DNA from: Bacilli bacterium
Lineage (GTDB): Bacteria > Bacillota_I > Bacilli_A > RFN20 > UBA1709
NCBI GenBank assembly: GCA_045600465.1
Contig: JAZRXY010000028.1
Span: 55,577 to 119,576, forward strand
DNA length: 64,000 nucleotides
Direction: 5' to 3'
Shown: positions 1 to 8,253 of the stretch, in pieces
Numbering within the stretch: position 1 is the first letter of the stretch
How the letters are laid out: each line of letters opens with the position of its first letter
Notes under the pieces: model-generated
What the model was told of the DNA's origin: nothing
Seen by the model: the letters and a program-made list of their open reading frames with translations, nothing else
Databases searched by the model: none
Translations under genes and position numbers: made by a program

Positions 1-129
<129 letters not shown>

Positions 130-197
130 TTATCATATCACAAAAAACATGCTAGAATGAATTATATTCTTTATTTTATAAAGAAAGAGGATAAACT

Positions 198-869
198 ATG
201 AACATTTTATTAGGAATTATTTCAATTATAGTTAGTTTTTCAATTATTTTATTGATGTATAAACTATTTGGTAAAATAGGTGTTTTTTCTTGGATTGCTA
301 TTGCTACTATTTTAGCTAACATTCAAGTTATAAAAAATATTGAGATATTATCGTTAACTTCAACACTAGGGAATGTTTTATATGGATCTATCTTTTTAGC
401 AACAGATATTTTAAATGAACACTATAATGAAAAGATAGCTAATAAAGGAGTTATTATTGGCTTTATTGCTTCAGCAGCTTTAGTTTTGTTTGGATTAATT
501 ACTAATGCTTATATTCCTGCAAGTAGTGATGTAAGTAGTGAAGCTTTAAAAGTTGTGTTCTCTTCAACACTTAGGGTAGTGCTAGGAGGATTTGCTGCTT
601 ATTTAATTTCTCAATTGCTAGATGTTAAATTATTCCAAGTGATTAAAAAGAAAACAAAAGGAAAACACTTATGGCTTAGAAATAATCTAGCCACAATTGT
701 TTCTCAACTTATTGATACATTGATATTTGTTTCTATTGCTTTTATTGGTATCTATTCAAAAGAAGTTTTAATTGAAATATATTTAACAACATTTATCTTT
801 AAGTTAATAGTTTCACTATTTGATACACCATTTATTTACTTATCAAAAAAGATTTCACCTAAAGAATAA
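198..869 (+). CDS. yhhQ: queuosine-precursor transporter, YhhQ/VUT (DUF165) family membrane protein
   Basis: 223-aa polytopic protein with family-typical stretches (LGNVLYGSIFLATDILNE, SQLIDTLIF). It is divergent from tgt. Confidence 0.75.
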   Translation: MNILLGIISIIVSFSIILLMYKLFGKIGVFSWIAIATILANIQVIKNIEILSLTSTLGNVLYGSIFLATDILNEHYNEKIANKGVIIGFIASAALVLFGLITNAYIPASSDVSSEALKVVFSSTLRVVLGGFAAYLISQLLDVKLFQVIKKKTKGKHLWLRNNLATIVSQLIDTLIFVSIAFIGIYSKEVLIEIYLTTFIFKLIVSLFDTPFIYLSKKISPKE

Positions 870-874
870 AAAAA

Positions 875-905
875 GGGCATTACTCCTTTGTAGTAATGCC
901 TTTTA
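875..905. terminator. bidirectional intrinsic terminator between yhhQ and glnP
   Basis: GGCATTACT/AGTAATGCC stem with an A-run on the left and a T-run on the right. It overlaps the last codons of the minus-strand gene. Confidence 0.6.
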
Positions 906-2427
906 ATATTGAATTCTTTTTACGATGCTTTGTATCAATCTTTAATTCAATGCGCTTAACAATGAAGATGAAGATTGCTGCGATTGCAAAGTAGATTAAT
1001 GCAGTAGCGATTAAAGGGAAGAACGCTTCATAAGTTCTTGATCTAATCATATCTGATTGCTTTGTTAAATCCATGACAGCAATGTAACCAACGATTGATG
1101 ATTCCTTAATCAAGGAAACAACTTCGCTTTTATAAGTTGGCATGAAGAAGACAATTGCTTGAGGAAGGATAATCTTGAAGAATGTTTGAGTTTTAGAGAA
1201 TCCTTGAGATTCAGCCGCTTCTATTTGACCAGGTGTTACTGCTTTTACACCAGTTTGAATCATAGTAAACATTGCACATGCAAATAATAATGTAAAGCCA
1301 ATGATTGATACCCAAGTACCTGAGATTGTAGAACTACCAAATACAATGTAGTAAAGAATCATAATAAAGACAACAGTAGGTGTCCCATGGATTACCCAGA
1401 TAATTGCATCAGCAATTTTGTTAGCAATCTTGTTACCATTTCTACATAATAGATATGCAGCAAAGCCAATGATTGTACCAAATATTATTGCTAGGAAAGT
1501 GATAAGGATTGTTTCTAATGTACCACTAACGAATTGTCTCCATCTATTTTCTTTGATGAATGTTTTGTGGAAACTATTTTTAATAGTATCAAAGAAAGTC
1601 GAACTTTCTTTTCCTTCGCCACTATCAACAACTGCTTGAATTTCCATAATTAAGTATGGATCAGATAAGAAGATTGAATCTCCTCTTTCTTCGTCAGGAA
1701 CAATGTTAGTAGCTAGGTCAGCTTTACCTGTTTCTAGGGCAATAGGTAATGCATCATAAGTTGTAACTAACCACTCAATGCTATAACCATATGCTTTAGC
1801 AAATTCCATACAGTAAGCAATATCGAATCCTTGCAATTCGTTGTTTCCATAATGAGAGAAAGGTTCGTAACCAGCTTCAACACCAATAATAATTGATCCA
1901 TTTTCGCCAGTTAAACTATTTTTTAACTCATCACTGATAAAGCATGTATCAGGATTGTAGTCTTCAACCCAGTATTTGTGAAGTTCATCATAAAGCCCTG
2001 ATGAGTTAGCATAGTTAACAAATTCATTGATTTGATAAGAAAGTTTTTCTTTCTTTTCATTGTTACCAACACCAATTGCCATGCCAAATTCACAAACAGG
2101 TTCGTCAACTGTTGTAGTCCATGGGTGATTTAGTTTAATAACACCGAAGGCTCCAGATTCAGTTAAGAAGGCATCAACTTTACCGTTTTGTAATGCAATA
2201 ATCATGTCGTTAGGTATTGCATAGAATGAAACGGTTGTATCAGGTGCTTTCTTATATAATTCATCTTCGTATAGAGTTCCTGTTTGAACTCCAACAATTG
2301 CATTGTTTAAATCAGCAATAGTTTTGTATTTTTGTTCTTGAGTTCCTTTTTCTCCACATGAAGTTAACGACAAGCCAAGAACTAGGGTAGTAATGATTAC
2401 CCCAAGAGTTTTAAATAATTTCTTCAT
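880..2427 (-). CDS. glnP: amino-acid ABC transporter with two tandem substrate-binding domains fused to the permease (GlnP-like); lipoprotein-type signal
   Basis: 515 aa. Signal plus lipobox LSLTSCG, two PBP-type repeats, then a polar-amino-acid permease domain (EAAESQGFSKTQTFFKIILPQA). Confidence 0.8.
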   Translation of the reverse strand: MKKLFKTLGVIITTLVLGLSLTSCGEKGTQEQKYKTIADLNNAIVGVQTGTLYEDELYKKAPDTTVSFYAIPNDMIIALQNGKVDAFLTESGAFGVIKLNHPWTTTVDEPVCEFGMAIGVGNNEKKEKLSYQINEFVNYANSSGLYDELHKYWVEDYNPDTCFISDELKNSLTGENGSIIIGVEAGYEPFSHYGNNELQGFDIAYCMEFAKAYGYSIEWLVTTYDALPIALETGKADLATNIVPDEERGDSIFLSDPYLIMEIQAVVDSGEGKESSTFFDTIKNSFHKTFIKENRWRQFVSGTLETILITFLAIIFGTIIGFAAYLLCRNGNKIANKIADAIIWVIHGTPTVVFIMILYYIVFGSSTISGTWVSIIGFTLLFACAMFTMIQTGVKAVTPGQIEAAESQGFSKTQTFFKIILPQAIVFFMPTYKSEVVSLIKESSIVGYIAVMDLTKQSDMIRSRTYEAFFPLIATALIYFAIAAIFIFIVKRIELKIDTKHRKKNSILKGITTKE

Positions 2428-3539
2428 TATTCTTCACCTCCTGGAATAACAATTTCAACACTGCCAGTATAAACTTTTGATTTTCCTTTGTATTCTTTAA
2501 TGCTTACTTTATCGGCAACATCGTTGATGATGTTCATAGAGATTTCACTTTCTTCTAAATCGAAATCTTTCTTTTCAATGTTGTGGTCAATTGTAACATA
2601 GATTTTATCTTTCTTTTCATTGTATTCAATCTTGACGTGAATTGTAGGTTTTAAAACTCTAAAATCATTGATATTGAAAACGACGAATTGTTCAAATGCT
2701 GCTTCAATTTTTTCACTGAAGTCAGGATCCAGGCCAATCTTAGCATTGAAGTTATGGATATCTGATTTAATCTTGTGTTGGTCAAATGTTTTCATTGTAA
2801 ATTTATACTCAATTGTAGATAAGTTTTGAACGAATTGTCTTGTTTTTTCTTTTTGTGGATTATTGAAGATTTGTTTTGGTGTTCCTTCTTCATAAATAAT
2901 ACCATCGCTAATAAAGAAAACACGATTTGCAATACGTTTAGCAAATCTCATATCGTGAGTAACAATAATCATTGTGTTACCTTGCATTGCAAGTTGAGCA
3001 ATAACTGATTGAACTTCACCAACCATTCTAGGGTCAAGTGCACTAGTAGGTTCATCAAATAATATTATTTCTGGATCTGTTGAAAGGGCTCTAGCAATAG
3101 CAACACGTTGAGCTTGACCTCCTGATAATTCGTTAGGGTATTTTAAAGCATGACGCTTTAAACCAACCTTATCAAGAAGTTGCATAGCTTTATCGTATGC
3201 TTCTTGTTTTGACTTACCCAAAAGTAATGTTTGCGCAAGCATAACATTTTCGACGGCTGTTAAATGTTCATATAAATTAAAACTTTGGAATACCATTCCA
3301 ATTTTTCTTCTAACTAATGAAATATCACATTTCGGCTTAGTAATGTCTTCGCCATCAATAATAATTTGACCAGAAGTTGGTTCTTCTAGTCTATTAATAC
3401 AACGCAATAACGTTGATTTTCCGTTGCCAGAGTGCCCAACAATAGCAACAACGTCACCCTTGTTAATAGTAGCATTAACATTTTTTAGAGGTGTTGATAA
3501 GTCATCAAATGACTTAACCAAGTGTTTAATTTCAATCAT
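2427..3539 (-). CDS. glnQ: amino-acid ABC transporter ATP-binding protein (GlnQ-like) with an extra C-terminal domain of about 125 aa
   Basis: Walker A GHSGNGKST, signature LSGGQAQRVAIARAL, Walker B ILFDEPTSALD. The stop overlaps the glnP start (TAATG). Confidence 0.85.
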   Translation of the reverse strand: MIEIKHLVKSFDDLSTPLKNVNATINKGDVVAIVGHSGNGKSTLLRCINRLEEPTSGQIIIDGEDITKPKCDISLVRRKIGMVFQSFNLYEHLTAVENVMLAQTLLLGKSKQEAYDKAMQLLDKVGLKRHALKYPNELSGGQAQRVAIARALSTDPEIILFDEPTSALDPRMVGEVQSVIAQLAMQGNTMIIVTHDMRFAKRIANRVFFISDGIIYEEGTPKQIFNNPQKEKTRQFVQNLSTIEYKFTMKTFDQHKIKSDIHNFNAKIGLDPDFSEKIEAAFEQFVVFNINDFRVLKPTIHVKIEYNEKKDKIYVTIDHNIEKKDFDLEESEISMNIINDVADKVSIKEYKGKSKVYTGSVEIVIPGGEE

Positions 3540-3731
3540 AAGCGTAACCCTCTTTGCCCGGTGATATCACGAGCCCCACAAAAACGCCCAAGTTGTTTTA
3601 TTCTAGCCCCATTATACCTAGATAAAAAAATAATGCAAGACTAAATTTTATTTAATTTTATTATATATATTAAAACAGTTGAAAAAAAGGGCAAAAAATC
3701 ATACAATATTATGGACACGTGAGGTGATTTT

Positions 3732-4451
3732 ATGGGACGTGCATTTGAAGTTAGAAAGAAAGCTATGGCACAAACAGCCGCAGCAAAAACAAAAGTATAT
3801 TCAAAATATGGTAAGGAAGTTTATCTTGCTGCTAAAAGTGGGGTTCCTGATCCAGAAATGAACATGACATTAAAGCATGTTGTTGAAAAAGCAAAGAAGG
3901 CTCAAGTTCCTGCTGATGTTATTAAAAGAGCTATTGATAAAGCTAAATCTGGCGCAGGAGAAAACTATGCAGCTAAAACATATGAAGGATTTGGTCCTGG
4001 AGCATCTACAATCATTGTTGAATGTTTAACCGACAATGATAATAGAGCTATTAGTGATGTCAGAGCATGTTTCACAAAATGTCACTGTAAATTAGGTGTT
4101 ACTGGCTGCGTTTCACATAACTATGACCATGTAGCATTAATTGTATTAAAAGGCATGAGTGAAGATGAAGTGCTAGAAGCTTGTATGAATGCTAATGTTG
4201 ATATTAATAACATTGAAAGCGAAGAGGATGAAGTAAGTATCATTGCTGAGCCAAGCAATCTAAATGCCATTAGAGAAGCTTTGGAAAAAGCAAAACCTGG
4301 ATTGGATATTCTAACTGATGAAGTTACTTATCTTCCTGCTAACAATGAATATGTAACGTTGGAAGGGGAAGAAAAAGAATATTTTGAAAGACTAATCAAC
4401 ATGCTTAATGAAGTTGATGATGTCCAAGATGTCTATCATAACGTTGAATAA
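3732..4451 (+). CDS. YebC/PmpR family DNA-binding transcriptional regulator
   Basis: 239 aa. MGRAFEVRKKAMAQTAAAKTKVYSKYGKE and YEGFGPGASTIIVECLTDN are family-typical. TTGAAA-17-TACAAT promoter upstream. Confidence 0.9.
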   Translation: MGRAFEVRKKAMAQTAAAKTKVYSKYGKEVYLAAKSGVPDPEMNMTLKHVVEKAKKAQVPADVIKRAIDKAKSGAGENYAAKTYEGFGPGASTIIVECLTDNDNRAISDVRACFTKCHCKLGVTGCVSHNYDHVALIVLKGMSEDEVLEACMNANVDINNIESEEDEVSIIAEPSNLNAIREALEKAKPGLDILTDEVTYLPANNEYVTLEGEEKEYFERLINMLNEVDDVQDVYHNVE

Positions 4452-4455
4452 AAAA

Positions 4456-4480
4456 GAAACCTCAGAAATGAGGTTTTTTA
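4456..4480 (+). terminator. intrinsic terminator of the yebC-family gene
   Basis: GAAACCTCA-gaaa-TGAGGTTTC-like stem followed by TTTTTT. Confidence 0.75.
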
Positions 4481-4488
4481 ATGAAAGT

Positions 4489-4547
4489 AAAAAGGAGGCT
4501 CTCTCACACAAGCCACCTTTTAGACTGTCGAACGATTTGCCCGAGTA
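4489..4547 (-). ncRNA. candidate small RNA of about 60 nt, class unknown
   Basis: Minus-strand near-consensus promoter (TTGCCA-17 nt-TATAAT). About 60 nt later there is an AAAAGGTGGCT...AGCCTCCTTTTT terminator hairpin. No SD and no credible ORF inside. Confidence 0.35.
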
Positions 4548-4552
4548 ACCAT

Positions 4553-4581
4553 ATTATACAATTATTTTTGCTATTTGGCAA
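4553..4581 (-). promoter_or_regulatory. sigma-A-type promoter on the minus strand (-35 TTGCCA at 4581-4576, -10 TATAAT at 4558-4553, 17-nt spacer)
   Basis: Read directly from the reverse complement. It points away from rbr and toward the yebC terminator. Confidence 0.5.
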
Positions 4582-4604
4582 TATGTATTTATTTGAGCAT
4601 TTTT

Positions 4605-4620
4605 CTTTAATTAATTAAAG
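4605..4620. promoter_or_regulatory. perfect 16-bp palindrome CTTTAATTAATTAAAG over the -35 region of the rubrerythrin promoter
   Basis: The sequence is self-complementary. An extended -10 (TGtTATAAT, -10 at 4628-4633) follows. Confidence 0.4.
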
Positions 4621-4660
4621 AATATGTTATAATATATTTGCAATTTACGGAGGAATTATT

Positions 4661-5197
4661 ATGAGTAAATATTTAGGAACACAAACAGAAAAGAACTTAC
4701 AAACAGCATTTGCAGGAGAATCACAAGCAAGAAATAAATATACATATTTTGCTTCAGTCGCAAAAAAGGAAGGCTATGAACAAATCGCTGCCATCTTTGA
4801 AGAAACAGCAAATAACGAAAAGGAACATGCTAAGTTATGGTTCAAAGAATTAGAAGAACTAGGAACAACTTCAGAGAACCTAAAAGCAGCAGCAGATGGC
4901 GAAAATTATGAATGGACAGATATGTATGATGGTTTTGCAAAAACAGCTGAAGAAGAAGGGTTCCCAGCATTAGCAGCAAAGTTTAGAGGGGTCGCTGCAA
5001 TTGAAAAACGTCACGAAGAAAGATACAGAGCTTTATTAAACAATGTTGAAACAAAGCAAGTATTTGAAAAGAGTGAAGTTAAAGTTTGGGAATGCAGAAA
5101 CTGTGGACATATCGTAGTTGGAACAAAAGCTCCAGCAGCATGCCCAGTATGTGCACATCCACAATCATACTTCGAAGTTCATAAAGAAAACTTCTAA
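4661..5197 (+). CDS. rbr: rubrerythrin
   Basis: Ferritin-like diiron N-domain ([13 protein letters not shown]) plus a C-terminal rubredoxin-like CRNCG...CPVCAHP. Confidence 0.9.
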   Translation: MSKYLGTQTEKNLQTAFAGESQARNKYTYFASVAKKEGYEQIAAIFEETANNEKEHAKLWFKELEELGTTSENLKAAADGENYEWTDMYDGFAKTAEEEGFPALAAKFRGVAAIEKRHEERYRALLNNVETKQVFEKSEVKVWECRNCGHIVVGTKAPAACPVCAHPQSYFEVHKENF

Positions 5198-5243
5198 TTA
5201 AGACAAAAATAAAAGCACTTCATTAAGAAGTACTTTTTTTATG

Positions 5244-6029
5244 TTATAGAGGGATTACAACATCGTTTGCATCATCGAATTTCTTCAATAATGATTCGAC
5301 TGTTAATTTTTGTTTTTCCTTACCTGAGACATCAAGTAAGATTTTACCATTATGTAACATAACAAGACGATTTCCATATTTAATAGCATCTTTCATGTTG
5401 TGAGTAATCATAATTGTTGTTAGATTGTTTTCAGTGACTATCTTTTCTGTTAAATCTAGGACTACTTTAGCAGTTTTAGGATCTAGAGCAGCAGTGTGTT
5501 CATCAAGTAATAAAACTTTAGGTTTATCCATTGTTGCCATTAAAAGTGTTAGAGCTTGTCTTTGACCACCTGATAATAAACCAACTTTTTGAGTAAGTCT
5601 ATTTTCTAGGCCTAGGTTTAATGATGATAATTCTTTTTTAAACATTTCTTCATGTTCTTTTTTAAAACCCCAATGGAGAGTTCTTTTTTTAGTTCTTCTT
5701 AAGGCTAACTCCATGTTTTCATTAATAGACATTCCAGGAGCTGTTCCCATTTTTGGGTCTTGAAAAACACGTCCGATGTATTTGGCTCTTTGATATTCCT
5801 TTAATTTAGAAACATCCTCACCATCAATGATGATACTGCCATCATCAGGAGGGAAGACACCACCAATAATGTTAAGTAATGTAGATTTTCCACTACCATT
5901 ACCACCGATAACAGTAATAAATTCGCCATCTTTAATATCTAGGCTTACACCCGCTAGAGCGATTCTTAAGTCTTCAGCGTTACCAGTAAGGTTAAATGAT
6001 TTTTTAACGTTTTTAATCTGAAGCATCAT
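5244..6029 (-). CDS. ABC transporter ATP-binding protein (partner of the COG2984/COG4120 importer)
   Basis: Walker A GGNGSGKST, signature LSGGQRQALTL, Walker B LLLDEHTAALD. Confidence 0.85.
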   Translation of the reverse strand: MMLQIKNVKKSFNLTGNAEDLRIALAGVSLDIKDGEFITVIGGNGSGKSTLLNIIGGVFPPDDGSIIIDGEDVSKLKEYQRAKYIGRVFQDPKMGTAPGMSINENMELALRRTKKRTLHWGFKKEHEEMFKKELSSLNLGLENRLTQKVGLLSGGQRQALTLLMATMDKPKVLLLDEHTAALDPKTAKVVLDLTEKIVTENNLTTIMITHNMKDAIKYGNRLVMLHNGKILLDVSGKEKQKLTVESLLKKFDDANDVVIPL

Positions 6030-6930
6030 TAACCGCTCCTTTCTTTTTGCTTGTTAATAGCTTTTTAATTAACGGGCCTGCAAGAACAATAGTAATTAAG
6101 ACTGCGTATAGTAATTTCTTTAGGTAATGAGGCAAACCTAATTGAATTGCAACTGCAACTATTAAGTAGTAGACAATTGAACCTAAAGCGACAGAGATAA
6201 GATTGTTCTTGAATGATCTTTTCCCAAATATTGCTTCACCGATGATAATAGCACTTAATCCAATAACTAGAGCGCCAACACCCATGTTATTTTCTGCATT
6301 TAATTCGTTTTGTGCAAATAAGCAACCACCTAATGCAATTAATGCATTAGAGATAGCTAGACCTACAATAATGCATGAATTTGTATTAATGCCTTGAGCT
6401 CTAGCCATGTTTGAATTCATGCCAGTAGCTCTAATTGACATACCAACTTCAGTACCAAAGAAGTAGTAAAGAATTAGGATGACAATAACAACTATGATTA
6501 AGGAAGTAATAATACTATTAACATATGAAGAAGAGAAAATATTTAAAATATTGAAAATAGTAGGATTGCTTCCAACATAGACAACGTTTGAATAACTACT
6601 TAGTTTTGGCCAACCCATAATCATCATGTTGATTGAGAATAGACCAGTGGTAGTAATAATACCAGAAAGTAGTTTAGGAATTCTAAGTTTTGTATGTAGA
6701 ACTCCTGTAACAATACCTGCTACAAAGCCAGCAGCAACTGCAGCAATAGTAGCAATAATAGGATTGACTCCCATTGCGATTAAAGCGACTGATAAAGCAC
6801 CACCAAGAGTGAAACTTCCTTCAGCACCTAAATCAGCAAAATCTAGTAAGCGATAGGAAATAAATATTCCTAAGGCTAGTAAAGCATATGGCAATCCAAT
6901 AGCTAATGTATCAACTAACGCCCACAACAT
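6013..6930 (-). CDS. ABC transporter permease (COG4120 type)
   Basis: 305-aa polytopic membrane protein, overlapping the ATPase gene by 17 nt. Confidence 0.8.
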   Translation of the reverse strand: MLWALVDTLAIGLPYALLALGIFISYRLLDFADLGAEGSFTLGGALSVALIAMGVNPIIATIAAVAAGFVAGIVTGVLHTKLRIPKLLSGIITTTGLFSINMMIMGWPKLSSYSNVVYVGSNPTIFNILNIFSSSYVNSIITSLIIVVIVILILYYFFGTEVGMSIRATGMNSNMARAQGINTNSCIIVGLAISNALIALGGCLFAQNELNAENNMGVGALVIGLSAIIIGEAIFGKRSFKNNLISVALGSIVYYLIVAVAIQLGLPHYLKKLLYAVLITIVLAGPLIKKLLTSKKKGAVNDASD

Positions 6931-6933
6931 AGA

Positions 6934-7923
6934 CTAATCACCATACTTTGTTATAACTTCATTAGGTATTACTAGTCCAATTTTATTGCAAGCTTCTTGG
7001 TTGATAGCTAATGAATATTCATCTGCTGATAAGTAACCTACAGGGAATGAAGCTGTATCTTTACCATTTAAGATTTCAGCTGCCATTTTACCAGTTAGAA
7101 CACCTAAGTTATAGTAATCAATACCTAGAGCAAATGTTCCACCAGATTCGACCATTCCTGCCTCACCAGCACTTACTGGAATTTTTGATTCATAAGCGAT
7201 GTTTGTTACAGCTGGCATATTAGAAGCTAATAGGTTATCAGTTGGGATGTAAATGACATCAGCACCATCACTGATTAGTTTTCTAACTGACATTGCAATA
7301 TCAGAGACATCACTAACTGTTTGAACAAGTGTATTTAATCCTTGTTTTGCAGCTTCTTTTTCTGCTAAATCTGATTGAACCTTTGAGTTTGACTCACTAA
7401 TCGTGTATAGAATGCCAACAGTATCAGCACTTGGTAAGACTTCTTTTAGTAAATCAATTTGTAATTCTACTGGGTTCATATCACTAGTTCCTGTGATATT
7501 TCCACCAGGGTTTGCATTAGAATTAACAAGTTTAGAATCTGCAGGGTCTGTAACTGCTGTGAATAGAATCTTAGTTTTGCTATTTTGTTGTTGAGCTGCA
7601 GCTTGAAGCGCAGTAGCAGCAGGAGTAGCAATACCTAATACTAAATCATTATCTCTAACTATAGTTTTTGCTAGAGCAGATAGAGTAGCAGAATCTCCCT
7701 CAGGGTTATCGTAAGATATTGTAATATTTACGCCATCTTCAAACCCGCCTTGTTTTAATCCTTCGATGAAACCATCATTTGCACTGTTTAGTGCACTAAA
7801 TGTTGCGTACTGAATAATACCAACTTTTGCTTTCTGATTGCTAGTTTCTCCACAACCAACTAAACTAGTGGTCATTAAACAGGATAATAAACTAACAATT
7901 CCTAGTTTTGCGAATAATTTCAT
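6934..7923 (-). CDS. ABC transporter substrate-binding lipoprotein (ABC_sub_bind / COG2984 family)
   Basis: Signal plus lipobox LVGCGE, then KVGIIQYATFSALNSANDGFIEGLK, typical of this family. Confidence 0.8.
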   Translation of the reverse strand: MKLFAKLGIVSLLSCLMTTSLVGCGETSNQKAKVGIIQYATFSALNSANDGFIEGLKQGGFEDGVNITISYDNPEGDSATLSALAKTIVRDNDLVLGIATPAATALQAAAQQQNSKTKILFTAVTDPADSKLVNSNANPGGNITGTSDMNPVELQIDLLKEVLPSADTVGILYTISESNSKVQSDLAEKEAAKQGLNTLVQTVSDVSDIAMSVRKLISDGADVIYIPTDNLLASNMPAVTNIAYESKIPVSAGEAGMVESGGTFALGIDYYNLGVLTGKMAAEILNGKDTASFPVGYLSADEYSLAINQEACNKIGLVIPNEVITKYGD

Positions 7924-7955
7924 AATAATCCCCCTTATTTGTAAATCATTCTTTC

Positions 7956-7989
7956 AATAAAAAGTGTTATCACAATTAAGTAATAACAC
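7956..7989 (-). terminator. leader terminator (attenuator) upstream of the COG2984 importer operon
   Basis: On the minus-strand RNA, GUGUUAUUAC-uuaauu-GUGAUAACAC forms a 10-bp stem with one G.U pair and is followed by UUUUUAUU. Its 5' arm can instead pair with an upstream segment. Confidence 0.5.
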
Positions 7990-8068
7990 AGGGAAGTAAA
8001 TATATTTGTTTCTACGTTATTACTTTAATTAGCTTTATCGTAATAACATTTTAGGTTTTACTTTTACA

Positions 8069-8164
8069 TTAGCAAACACCCAAGTCTGCAATCACGATAC
8101 ATCTTGGAAAATAAAAGTAAAAGTAATAAAAGAAAGAATTGCATAATTTCTTAATAAGTTTCAT
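8069..8164 (-). CDS. candidate 31-aa leader peptide MKLIKKLCNSFFYYFYFYFPRCIVIADLGVC
   Basis: AGGAGG SD (8178-8173) lies 8 nt before the ATG at 8164. Nine consecutive Phe/Tyr codons (8134-8108). Too short to appear in the ORF track. Confidence 0.45.
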   Translation of the reverse strand: MKLIKKLCNSFFYYFYFYFPRCIVIADLGVC

Positions 8165-8236
8165 ATGTAGTTCCTCCTTTTTACGTGATACCTCTATTAT
8201 ATGTAATATATATATCAAAATAAATAGTTTTTACAA

Positions 8237-8250
8237 TGTAAGCACTTTCA
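8237..8250. promoter_or_regulatory. cre-like box TGTAAGCACTTTCA
   Basis: 13 of 14 positions match the CcpA cre consensus TGWAANCGNTNWCA (central CG is CA). It lies upstream of the leader ORF. Confidence 0.4.
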
Positions 8251-8253
8251 ACA

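Noticed and set aside
3540-3604. A small riboswitch in the GC-rich ~65-nt leader of glnQ (repeated GGGGCU, palindrome GUGAUAUCAC).
   Set aside because: I could not match it to any riboswitch class known to me. The palindrome has no loop, so it looks more like a protein site. It is mentioned under the GlnQ finding only.
4481-4618. A 45-codon plus-strand ORF (MKVKRRLSHTSHLLDCRTICPSNHIIQLFLLFGNMYLFEHFSLIN) opposite the candidate sRNA, considered as a type I toxin-antitoxin pair.
   Set aside because: It has no promoter of its own and sits behind the yebC terminator. Its only SD-like sequence is part of that terminator stem. The hydrophobic stretch is too short and too polar for a typical type I toxin. 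It is kept only as an alternative under the sRNA finding.
7924-8253. T-box riboswitch upstream of the COG2984 importer, as seen in streptococcal Trp transporters. The 97-nt region upstream of proS (9058-9154) was also checked.
   Set aside because: No T-box sequence (..GGGTGGTACCGCG..), AG bulge or specifier-loop architecture is visible on the coding strand. The proS leader is far too short.
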